DNA of 64,000 nucleotides from Raja brachyura (Eukaryota): NCBI GenBank assembly GCA_963514005.1, contig OY740783.1:6324001-6388000 (forward strand), written 5' to 3'. The notes beneath the pieces were generated by a model. The model saw only the letters and a program-made list of their open reading frames with translations, ran no database searches and was not told where the DNA came from. Positions 10,569-21,416 of this stretch are shown here, piece by piece. Each line of letters starts with the position of its first letter. Within the stretch, counting starts at the first letter, position 1. The position numbers and the translations under genes are program-made.

Positions 10569-10869
10569 TCTGTCGCACAGTAATAGACGGCGGTGTCTTC
10601 GATCCTCAGGTCCCTGGCGGTCACGCTGAACATATTCGAATTGTCTTTGGACGGAGTAAATCGGCTCTCTATCCCCGGAGCGAAGTACTTGCTAGAAGAA
10701 GTGTAGTAGGAAAGCAGCCACTCCAGCCCCTGCCCGGGGACCTGACGGACCAAACTCATGTAGTAGCTGCTAACACTGAACCCGCTGCCTTTACATTCCA
10801 GTGTGATGGAGCCTCCAGGACGGGCCGTCGCTGTCTTGGGCTGAGTTAGAACGATATCGGAATGGACAC
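10569..10869 (-). CDS. IGHV: VH segment exon, germline and open: (R)[99 protein letters not shown]
   Basis: Acceptor TTGCAG at 10875-10870; 301-nt open exon with both V-domain Cys, VRQxPGQGLEW and DTAVYYC motifs; followed directly by an RSS heptamer. Confidence 0.97.
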
Positions 10870-11031
10870 CTGCAAGTTATAAAAGGCATGAATGGTGAGG
10901 ATAAAATACTGACCATTAATCCCCGACACTAGTTATCAAGAGGAAAGACATTGGGAGGGTTGAAGAGTGGGTAGAAGGCGAATGGCGTTGGGGATCTACC
11001 ACGTGAGGATTTTGTCCAACACGTTACTCAC

Positions 11032-11077
11032 GGACTATTAACGCCAGGAACAGACTCAGTGAAACCGCCGACCTCAT
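11032..11077 (-). CDS. IGHV: IgH leader (signal peptide) exon, MRSAVSLSLFLALIV + 1 nt
   Basis: ATG at 11077, hydrophobic peptide, classic 46-nt phase-1 leader exon, donor GTGAGT at 11031-11026; splices in frame to the V exon. Confidence 0.95.
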
Positions 11078-11255
11078 CCCGCTGGGAAGTGTGACCCGGT
11101 TTGTTTCTGTACAGAACCTCGCAACAAACCCACTGTAAGGAAGATGGATTTCGGACCCTCTTAGAGAGAATTAAATACCCGGCAAAAGAGGGCGTGGCTG
11201 TGGGCGGGGCCTGTAAACCGAGTGGTGCAGCGGGCGGAGCTGAGACACGGCTCCC
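11078..11255 (-). promoter_or_regulatory. Putative VH promoter: TATA-like TATTTAA and GC boxes, no octamer
   Basis: TATTTAA at 11177-11171; GGGCGTGG 11190-11197, GGGCGGGG 11202-11209, GGGCGG 11232-11237; bounded by a CR1 tail at ~11256. Confidence 0.6.
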
Positions 11256-12047
11256 ATAGAAACATAGAAACATAGGTGCAGGAGTAGGCCATTCGGCCCT
11301 TCGAGCCTGCGCCACCATTCAATATGATCATGGCTGATCATCCAACTCAGTATCCTGTACCTGCCTTCTCTCCATACCCCCTGATCCCTTTGGTCACAAG
11401 GGCCACATTTAACTCCCTCTTAAATATAGCCAATGAACTGGCCTCAACTACCTTCTGTGGCAGAGAATTCCACAGACTCAGCACTCTCTGTGTGAAAAAT
11501 GTTTTTCTCATCTCGGTCCTAAAAGATTTCCCCCTTATCCTTAAGCTGTGACCCCTTGACCTGGACTTCCCCAACATCGGGAACAATCTTCCTGCATCTA
11601 GCCTGTCCAACCCGTTGAGAATGTTGTAAATTTCTACAAGATCCCCCCTCAATCTTCTAAATTCTTGTAGAAGCTTACAACATTTTTAAGGGGTTGGACA
11701 GGCTAGATGCAGGAAGATTGTTCCCGATGTTGGGGAAGTCCAGAACAAGGGGTCACAGTTTAAGGATAAGGGGGAAATTTTTTAGGACTGAGATGAGAAA
11801 AACATTTTTCACACAGAGAGTGGTGGGTCTCTGGATTTCTCCGCCACAGAAGGTAGTTGAGGCCAGTTCATTGGCTATATTTAAGAGGGAGTTAGATGTA
11901 GCCCTTGCGGCTAAAGGGATCAGGGGGTATGGAGAGAAGGCAGGTACGGGATACTGAGTTGAATGATCAGCCATGATCATATTGAATGGCGGTGCAGGTT
12001 CGAAGGGCCAAATGGCCTACTCCTGCACCTATTTTCTATGTTTCTAT
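11256..12047. mobile_element. Head-to-head inverted pair of CR1 3' fragments
   Basis: Minus copy ~11256-11665 and plus copy ~11663-12047, with both tails pointing outward. Confidence 0.9.
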
Positions 12048-12415
12048 GCAATGACATGGGCTCAAGAAACGACCATGCGTCGCAAGACCTATATGGAGTC
12101 CACTGGGAAAAAATAAATGTTTCATCAGAGATAGCTACTTGAGGTAACGGAGGTTGAAACCTTCCCATGTGATTCAGCGCGGTCTAATTAAAACAGACCG
12201 ACAAGGCAACAGTTCGGGAGATTATTTTTCATTGCACCGCTGTATTCAGTGGTTTCAAAATGCCAGGATGCAAAAGCACAGCCTATGCATTGACAGTTGA
12301 CCACATTAATTGAAGGATCAAAACCATAGATTCAGGCTGAACGAAATGGAAATAAAATGACAAGAGATGTGAGTGTGTGAGCAATATTTGAGGTAGACAG
12401 ACAGATGGACGGACA

Positions 12416-12493
12416 AACAGACAGACACAGACAGACACAGACAGACACAGACAGACACAGACAGACACAGACAGACACAGACAGACACAGACA
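12416..12493. repeat. (CAGACA)n microsatellite
   Basis: About 12-13 tandem hexamers. Confidence 0.95.
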
Positions 12494-12533
12494 GGCCTTC
12501 GTTGTTTTCAAAGGTAGACACGGAATGCTAGTG

Positions 12534-12940
12534 ACATAGAAACATAGAAAATAGGTGCAAGAGGCCACTCGGCCCTTCGAGCCAGCATTCATTGTGAGCA
12601 CGGCTGATCGTCCTCTATCAATAACCTGTGCCTGCCTTCTCCCCATATCCCTTGACTCCACTAGTCCCTGGAGCTCTATCTAACTCTCTCTTAAATCCAT
12701 CCAGTGACTTGGCCTCCACTGCCCTCTGTGGCAGGGAATTCCATAAATTCACAACTCTCTGGGTGAAAACGTATTTTTCTCCCCTTTATTCTAAGACATT
12801 TATTCCCCTTTATTCTGACATTTCTGGTCGAGACCCTTCTTCAGACTTCTCCAGGGATACAGTCTGTCACCGTTGAGTTACTCCAGCATTTTGTGTCTAC
12901 CTTCGATTTAAACCAGCACCTGCAGTTCTTTCCTACACAT
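12534..12940 (-). mobile_element. CR1 3' fragment followed by a rearranged Penelope-like terminal repeat
   Basis: CR1 tail and 3' UTR to ~12800; minus-strand CTGAAGAAGGGTCTCGACCAGAAATGTC at ~12817-12844, followed by the downstream part of the repeat in plus orientation. Confidence 0.7.
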
Positions 12941-13588
12941 TCGTTGTCAATATCGAATCATATTGGGACTGTCTATTCTAATTTCGAGATTAGTTGCAGA
13001 AAAGGCAGTAGGGAGAAATGATAATAATGCAAACACAACGTTATATTAAAATGCCATCATGAGTTCCAAAGGAAATTAATGGATGTTATGGTGCAGGAGT
13101 GGAATTGTAGATCTGTCGAGTGATTGGAGAAATTATCGGCATTAGGGATGATTCCTGTGGTGTTGATATTCCAAAGAGCAAAGTTGAATGAAGACAAGTT
13201 CCAAACAATTAATCAATTAACACATTTTTTGGACAGTGTTACAATGATCCAGACAGCACTGGTTGGGCGAATTGCGTCTAATAGGGATATCTGAAGAAGA
13301 ATCCACTAGTGTTATCTGAGGAGGTAGATAGAAATAGTCATTAACCGATGCGTGAGGAAAACACGAGGAATGTCGAACATTTAAGGTGCAGACAGGCAAA
13401 TCAATGTTCCTGCGTTCCAACATACTATTTTTCCACGACTGAAATTGGAATTAATCATTGTATTTTCTGTGCATCTGTGAATTTGTTACGTGTGGCATTC
13501 AAATGTATGCAGAGAATGCTATTGATCCCAGCCATTGTTGGAAAATATGATACATGTTCTTAGTTAACCTAGCTTTGTAGGGAATATT

Positions 13589-13714
13589 GTGTTAAAGAAG
13601 GAACTGCAGATGCTGGAGAATCGAGGGTACACAAAAGGCTGGAGAAACTCAGCGGGTGCAGCAGCATCTAAGGAGCGAAGGAGATAGGCGACGTTTCTCC
13701 ACCCTTTTGTGTAC
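13589..13714 (-). mobile_element. Short Penelope-like terminal-repeat insertion with 16-bp TSD
   Basis: CTTTGTAGGGAATATT at 13573-13588 and 13715-13730; the body matches the 53446 insertion and is truncated at GAAACGTC. Confidence 0.8.
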
Positions 13715-14217
13715 CTTTGTAGGGAATATTATTGACTACCATCATCCATATGCACTTCAACTTTGTTTATTGTTTCTACGAGTGAATGTTGACAACTTAA
13801 AATAAATGTCTCTGAAGTAGTCAGTTGGGGGATTTGCATTTCTTTCTCACTTTATCAGTTTTGCACCTCTCGGGAAACATTGACTCCGTTTCAGTCCTTC
13901 AGTAAACGAACATATGTCTGGGGCTGTTGAATACAGCGTTTATTTAAATCAGCTCATCTCTGTTTCCAGCCACTTTTAGAGCAACACAAACAAGGCAATG
14001 AAGATACCATTCTCAACCGCGATGATATGTTTTAAGGATATTGGCAGTTGGCGCGAATCAACTGAACTCTCTGAAGGAGTCTATTTCTTAATTTCTCGTT
14101 CAAATAAATTGATGGGATTTAAAATTATGGATTCACTTCAGGATATTATTTTGCTGCCCACTTGAATCTCCACTTGCATGGGATGTTTGAGCAAACGAGG
14201 TCAATGGAGGAATCACA

Positions 14218-14930
14218 AAGCTGATGACACAAAGCTGGGTGGCAGTGTGAACTGTGAAGAGGATGTTAGGAGGTTGCAGGGCGACCTGGACAGGCCGAGT
14301 GAGTGGGTAGATGCGTGGCAGATGCAGTACAATATAGATACATGTGAGGTTATTCACTTTGGCGGCAAAAACAAGGGGGCAGATTATTATCTCAATGAAG
14401 TTAGGTTAGGTAAGGGGGAGGTACAGAGAGACCTGGGTATCCTTGTACACCAGTCACTGAAAGTTGGCGTGCAGGTACAGCAGGCAGTGAAGAAAGCTAA
14501 TGGAATGTTGGCCTTCATAACAAGAGGATTTCAGTGCAGGAGTAAAGAGGTTCTTCTGCAGTTGTATAGGGCTCTGATATGAGCACATCTGGAGTATTAT
14601 GTACAGTTTTGGTCTCCTAATTTGAGGAAGGACATCCTTGTGATTGAGGCAGTGCAGCGTAGGTTCACGAGATTGAAACGTTTTCACCCGGAGAGTTGTA
14701 GAATTTGTAGAATTCCCTGCTACAGAGGGCAGTGGAGGCCAAATCACTGGATGGATTTAAGAGAGAGTTAGATAGAGCTCTAGGGGCTAGTGGAATCAAG
14801 GGATATGGGGAGAAGGCAGGCACGGGTTATTGATTGGGGACAATCAGCCATGATCACAATGAATGGCGGTGCTGGATCGAAGGGCCGAATGGCCTCCTCC
14901 TGCACCTATTTTCTACATTTCTAACTTTCT
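14218..14930 (+). mobile_element. CR1 3' fragment with internal deletion
   Basis: ADDTKLGG..KKANGMLAFI ORF fragment and CR1 tail. Confidence 0.88.
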
Positions 14931-15039
14931 ATGTTTGTATGTATCAAGACACACACACGCAGAAGTAAGAATTTAATTGTACCGCTCTCGGCACATGAAA
15001 ATTATACATTCTTGATACTTGAAGCATCATATGTGAGAA

Positions 15040-16430
15040 ACATATCCTGTTCCTGCTTTTTCCAATATCCCACGATTCCTTTAGTCCTTAGATCTAAACC
15101 TAACTCTCTCTTGAAAAGATCCAGTGAATTGGCCTCCGATGCCTTCAGTGGCAGAAAATTCCGCAGTTTCACAACTCTCTGGGTGAATTTCTTTATCCTC
15201 ATCTCAGTCCTACATGGCCTATCCCTTATTCTTAAACTGTGACCCTGGTTCTGGTCTCCCCCAACGGCGGGAACATTTTTCCTGCATCCAGCCTCTCAGT
15301 CCCGCCATGCCGGGAATAAACCTGGTGAAATTAATGGATGTTATGGTCCACTTCACTACCTCAATAGCAATAATGTCCTTCCTCAAATTAGGAGACCTCA
15401 AATTAGGGGCTGTACAACTCCCAGTAGGACCTCCTTACTCCTAAACTCAAATCCTCTCGCAATGAAGGCCAACATGCCATTAAGTTTTTCTTCTTCCAGC
15501 CCCCCCCCCCCCAAACCCCCCACCTTCACATCAGTCTGAAGAAGGGTTTCGACCCGAAACGTTGCCCATTTCCTTTGCTCCATAGATGCTGCCTCACCCG
15601 CTGAGTTTCTCCAGCATTTTTGCCATTAGATTTGTTCACTGCCTGCTGTACCTGCATGCTTACTTTCAGTGACTGAAGCACACCCAGGTCTCACTCAACC
15701 TCCCCTTTTCCAAATCTGACACCATTCGGATAATAAACTGCCTTCCTGTTATTGCCACCAAAGTGGATAACCTCACATGTATCCACATTATATTGCCACC
15801 TTGCAGCCTCATAGCATCCTCATCGAACATCACACTGCCACCCAGCTTTGTGTCATCCGTAAACCTATCTTGGAAATGTCACATTTAATTCCCTCATCTA
15901 AATCGTTAATATATATTGTAAATAACTGGGGTCCCAGCACCGAGCCTTGCCGCATCCCATTAGTCACTGCCTGCCATTCCGAAAAGGACCAGTTAATTCC
16001 TACTCTTTGCTTCCTGTCTGCCAACCAGCTCTCTATCCATGTCAGTACCCTACCCCCAATACCATGTGATCTAATTTTGCACACCAATCTCTTGTGAGGG
16101 ACCATGTCAAAGGTTTCGAAAGTCCAGATACACCACATTCACTGGCTCTCCCTTATCCATTCTACTGGTTACGTCCTCAAAAAATCCCAGAAGATTAGTT
16201 AAGCATGATTTCCCCTTTATAAATCCATGCTGACTTTGACCAATCCTGTTACTGCTTTCCAAATGGGCCGCAATAACATCATTAATAGTCGGCTCAAACA
16301 TCTTCCCCACGACCGATTTAAGGCTAACTGGTTTATAATTTCCTGTTATCCCTATCCCTCCTTTCTTAAAAGGTAGAGGTACATTGGCTACCCTCCAGGA
16401 CACAGGAATGTATCCAGAGTTGGGAGAACA
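15040..16430 (-). mobile_element. Degenerate CR1 RT region with a nested Penelope-like terminal repeat (~15480-15625, + strand)
   Basis: Frameshifted RT motifs; CTGAAGAAGGGTTTCGACCCGAAACGTT at ~15536-15563. Confidence 0.8.
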
Positions 16431-17664
16431 TTAGAAACAGAAACACAGAAAAAAAGGTATTGCAGGAGGCCATTCGGCCCTTCGAGCCAGCACCACCATT
16501 CATTGTGATTATGGCTGATCGTCCCCTATCAATAACCCGTGCTTGCCTTTTCCCCATATCCCTTGACTCCACTAGCCCATAGAGCTCTATCTAACTCTCT
16601 CTTAAATCCATCCAGTGACTTGGCCTCCATTGCCCTCTGTGGCAGGGAATTCCATAAATTCACAACTCTCTGGGTGACATTTTTTTTTCTCACCTCAGTC
16701 TTAAATGACCTTCCCTTTATTCTAAGGCTGAGGCCCCTGGTTCTGGACTCGCCCAACATTGGGAACATTTTTCCTGCATCTAGCTTGTCCAGTCCTTTTA
16801 TAATTTTATGTTTCTATAAGATACTCCCTCATCCTTCTAAACTCCAGTAAATACAAGCCTAGTCTTTTCAATCTTTCCACATATGACAGTCCTGCCATCC
16901 CAGGGATCAATCTCGTGAACCTACGCTGCACTGCCTCAATCACAAGGATGTCCTTCCTCAAATTAGGAGGCCAAAGCTGTACACAATGCTCCAGATGTGG
17001 TCTCACCAGAGCCCTCTGCAACTGCAGAAGAACCTCTTTACTCCTATACTGAAATCCTCTTATTATGAAGGCTGACATTCCATTAGCTTTCTTCACTGCC
17101 TGCTGCACCTGTAAACCAACTTTCAGTGACCGGTGTACAAGGACACCCAGGTCTCGCTGCACCTCCCCCTTTCCTAACCTAACCCCAATTTAGATAATAA
17201 TCTGCCCACTTGTTTTTGCCACCAAAGTGGATATCCTCACATTTATCTATATTACCAGACTAAGTGGGACCCGGGACACACGGGAGGGCTGGTCCCCCGA
17301 CGCAATATTCCACCTCTCCACCAATTCCAATATTGGTGGCCAGTGGGGGGGGGGGGGGGGGGGGGGGGTGCTTTCTGGAGCGCTGGTATGGGTTCTTGGG
17401 TTGGCAGCTCAGTCCCTCAAGCCTGATGTGCTGGCAGCTTGCTCACGGCTGGTGGGCTGGCAGTTGACTCATGGCTATTAGGTAGTTAGATGTGGCCCTT
17501 GTGGCTAAGGGGATCAGAGGGTATGGAGAGAAGGCAGGTACGGGATACTGAGTTGGATGATCAGCCATGATCATATTGAATGGCGGTGCAGGCTCGAAGT
17601 GCCGAATGGCCTACTCCTGCACCTAATTTCTATGTTTCTATGTTTCTATTCCTTGAAATTCCCT

Positions 17665-18012
17665 ATCAAGCAGGGTGCAAGGCCACCAAATTCAAGTGTA
17701 GTTTCCTACCACTTCGAGCAGGGTGCAAGGCCACCAAATTCAAGTGCAGTTTCATACAACTTCAAGCTAGATCCAAGGCCACCAAATTCAAGTGCAGTTT
17801 CATTCCACTTCAAGCAGGGTGCAAGGCCACCACATTCAAATGCAGTTTCATACAATTTCATGCAGGGTGCAAGGCCACCACATTCAAATGCAGCTTCATA
17901 CCATTTCATGCAGGGTGCAAGGTCACCACATTCAAATGCAGTTTCATACTATTTCAAGCAGGGTGCAAGGCCACCACATTCAAATGCAGTTTCATACCAT
18001 TTCAAGCAGGGT
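17665..18012. repeat. 48-bp minisatellite (~7 units) inside the Helitron
   Basis: Unit CAAGCAGGGTGCAAGGCCACCACATTCAAATGCAGTTTCATACCATTT. Confidence 0.93.
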
Positions 18013-18376
18013 GAAACCACCATAAAACTACACAAAACACCAAGCTCACAGTTCAGTAGACATTCAGTGTGTTCAGTTGATTCACAGCTCAGACAGAGTC
18101 TTGACTTCTCCATCTCCCATCATGCAGAGACTGAGACACACCCACACTGCCGGGTTTTATAAACCCACCCCCTGGAAAAGGTGTGGGCTTCGTGGCGTGA
18201 TTGGCAGGAGAGAGACTCTCAACATTTTTTAAACAGTAATACCACCTTTATTTTTCATCGATGGGATGAATCCTCTGCACCTGCTGAGCGGAGGGGGACT
18301 GAGTAAGATGGCCAAAAATCACAGCCGTAAGTGGTAGCGTTTTATCTAAAATCAATATACAGTGCAAACAGGAAGT

Positions 18377-19578
18377 TACCCAAAGCAGCCAAACCATCAT
18401 TTGCAGTAAGTAGTGCCTTTTAGCTTCAACCCAAAGCAGCCAAACCACCATTTGCAGTAATTAGAGTCTTTTAACTTCAACCCAAAGCAGCCAACCACCA
18501 TTTGCAGTAAGTAGTGCCTTTTAACTTCAACCTAAAGCAGCCAACCACCATTTGCAGTAAGTAATGCCTAACTTCAACCCAAAGCAGCCAAACCACCATT
18601 TGCAGTAAGTAGTGCCTTTTAACTTCAACCTAAAGCAGCCAAATCACCATTTGCAGTAAGTAGTGCCTTTTAGCCTCATCCCACACAGCCAAACCACCAT
18701 TTGCAGTAAGTAGTGCCTTTTTGCCTCAACCCACGCAGCCAAACCACCATTTGCAGTAAGTAGTGCCTTTTTGCCTCAACCCAAAGCAAATAACCACCAT
18801 TTGCAGTAAGTAGTGCCTTTTAGCCTCATCCCACACAGCCAAACCACCATTTGTAGTAAGTAGTGCCTTTTTGCCTCAACCCAAAGCAGCCAAAACACCA
18901 TTTGCTGTAAGTAGTGCCTTTTAGCCTCATCCCACACAGCCAAACCACCATTTGTAGTAAGTAGTGCCTTTTTGCCTCAACCCAAAGCAGCCAAACCACC
19001 ATTTGCTGTATGTAGTGCCTTTTAACCTCAGCTCAAAGCAGCCAAACCACCATTTGCAGTAAGTAGTGCCTTTTAGCCTCATCCCACACAGCCAAACCAC
19101 CATTTGCAGTAAGTAGTGCCTTTTTGCCTCAACCCACGCAGCCAAACCACCATTTGCAGTAAGTAGTGCCTTTTTGCCTCAACCCAAAGCAAATAACCAC
19201 CATTTGCAGTAAGTAGTGCCTTTTAGCCTCATCCCACACAGCCAAACCACCATTTGCAGTAAGTAGTGCCTTTTAGCCTCATCCCACACAGCCAAACCAC
19301 CATTTGTAGTAAGTAGTGTTTTTTTGCCTCAACCCAAAGCAGCCAAACCACCATTTGCTGTAAGTACTGCCTTTTAACCTCAACTCAAAGCAGCCAAACC
19401 ACTATTTGCAGTGAGTAGTGCCTTTTAACTTCAACCCAAACCACCCAAGCCACCATTTGCAGTAGTGCCTCTTAACTTCAACCCAAAGCACCCAAGCCAC
19501 CGTTTACAGTAGTGCCTTTTATCTTCAACCCAAAGCACCCAAACAACCATTTGCAGGCAGTGCCTTTTTACTTCAAAC
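18377..19578. repeat. ~51-52-bp minisatellite (~23 units) inside the Helitron
   Basis: Unit CAACCCAAAGCAGCCAAACCACCATTTGCAGTAAGTAGTGCCTTTTAGCCT with recurring variants. Confidence 0.95.
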
Positions 19579-21416
19579 CAATGAAATTTTCATTTTCAAA
19601 CCACATTAAGGGCAGTTGAGTAGACATGTATTCAGAGCTCAGAGAGACGTGAACCTCTTGCTTCCTCCATCTTTCAGAGACTGAGTGAGGCACACCACTT
19701 CCTGGTTTTATAGTCCCTCCCGCTCCCTCCAGCAGGGGCAGCAGAGAGAATGGGGAATTTTTAAAAAACATTAATATATCTCTGGTTTTTCATCGATGAG
19801 AAAAATCCTCTGGTCCAGGAAGGCGGAGGGGGACTCTGAACGAGTGGGCCAAAAATGACGGCCGTAGGTGGCGGCGTTCTCTCGGATATCACAGCACAGC
19901 GAGCCAAAAGCGGTCAAGATCAGACTTTTAGTAATATAGATACTGCATCTGCCACGCATCTGCCCACTCACACAACCTGTCCAGGTCACACTGCAACCTC
20001 CTAACATCCCCTTCACAGTTCACACTGCCACCCTTTGTGTCATCCGCAAAGTTGCTAGTGTTGCTCCTAATTTCCTCTTCCAAATCATTAATATATACGG
20101 TAAACAGTTGCGGCCCCAACAACGAGCCTTGCTGCACTCCACTCGCCACTGCCATTCTGAAAAGGACCCGTTCACTCCTACTCTTTGCTTCCGGTCTGCC
20201 AACCAATTTTCTATCCATGTCAACACCCTATCCCCAATACCATGTGCTGTAATTTTAGTCACCAGTCTCCCGTGCGGGACCTTATCAAAGGCTTTCTGAA
20301 AGTCTAGATACACTACATCCACTTGCACTCCTTCATCCATTTTACTTGTCACATCCTCAAAAAAATTCCAGAAGATTAGTCAAGCATGATTTCCCTTTCA
20401 TATATCCATGTTGACTTGGACTAATCCTTTTACTGCTATCCAAATGCTCCATTTGTACATCTTTAATAATTGACTCCAGCATCTTTCCCACCACCGAAGT
20501 CAGGCTAACTAGTCTGTAATTCCCCGCTTTCTGTCTCGCTCCTTTCTTGAAAAGTGGGATAACATTAGCTATCCACAGGAACTGATCCTGAAACTATTGA
20601 ACATTGGAAAATGATCACCAATGCGTCCACTATTTCTCGAGCCACCTCCCTGAGGAACCTGGGATGCAGACCATCAGGTCCATGGGATTTATCATCCTTC
20701 AGTCCCATTAGCCTACCCAATACTATTTCTCGCCTATTAAAAGTTTCTTTCAGTTCCTTTACCCCCTTAGGTCCTCTGTCCTCCAGTACTTCGTACTTCA
20801 TCTTTTCAGCCCGTATTGCCCATTTTGTTTCCTTCTGTTGGCCTATGAAAGTTTCCAAATCCTCTGGCTTCCGGCTACTCTTTGCTGTGTTATACATCTT
20901 TTCTTTTAGTTTTATTCTATCCCTAACTTCTCGTCAGCCACGGTTGCCTCCTACTCCCCTCCTGCGCCTTCCGGATTATGCCCAGAAATTCCTGCCATTC
21001 CTGCTAGGATCCCTTTCCAGTCTACCATGGCCAGCTCCCCTCTCATGCCTTCATAGTCCCCTTTGTTCAACTGCATCACAGACACTTCCAATTTCATGGG
21101 AGACTTGATAGAATTATATAAAATAATGAGAGGCATTGATAGGGCACACCATCAGAATCATTTTCCATGATTAAATAGCCAACACGAGAGGACAGAGGTA
21201 TAATGTGGGAGGGGGAACATTTAATGCAGATGGGCGAGGCATGTTATTTTACACAGAGTGTGGTACGGACCTGGAACGTATGATGGTGGTGTGGGGGGAT
21301 ATGACAGCAGTGTTTAAGAGGCTCCATGTAGGCACAGGGAAGTTCAGAGAGTACAAGGATGTGGATCAAGACAGACAGGTCAGTTTAATTCGGCACAATG
21401 TTCGCTACAAACATTG

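Larger units (their letters stand above)
17255..19940 (-). mobile_element. Non-autonomous Helitron with both termini
   Basis: Minus-strand 5' end TCTATATTACTAAAAG (19940), 3' end ...GGGTCCCACTTAGTCTGG (CTRR, 17255); inserted between host A and T with no TSD. Confidence 0.88.
16430..21095 (-). mobile_element. CR1 LINE (ORF2, decayed) interrupted by a Helitron at 17255-19940
   Basis: CR1 sequence ...CATTTATCTATATTA|TACTGCATCTGCC... rejoins seamlessly when the insert is removed. Confidence 0.88.

Noticed and set aside
10576-10582. Cryptic heptamer (TACTGTG) at the end of FR3 for VH replacement
   Set aside because: It is largely dictated by the Tyr-Cys-Ala codons, has no matching nonamer, and there is no upstream donor VH in the window.
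9174-10869. Germline-joined VD or VDJ gene
   Set aside because: All six RSSs and the intersegment spacers are present, so the segments are unjoined.
17557-18162. 201-aa repetitive ORF, and similar ORFs at 24905-25484
   Set aside because: These arise from minisatellite units that are multiples of 3 (48 and 30 bp); there is no splice or domain evidence.
17665-19578. Regular ~50-bp arrays as CRISPR arrays or Ig switch regions
   Set aside because: They are head-to-tail repeats without unique spacers, there are no cas genes, and the DNA is vertebrate. They lie inside a Helitron upstream of VH, not in the J-C intron.
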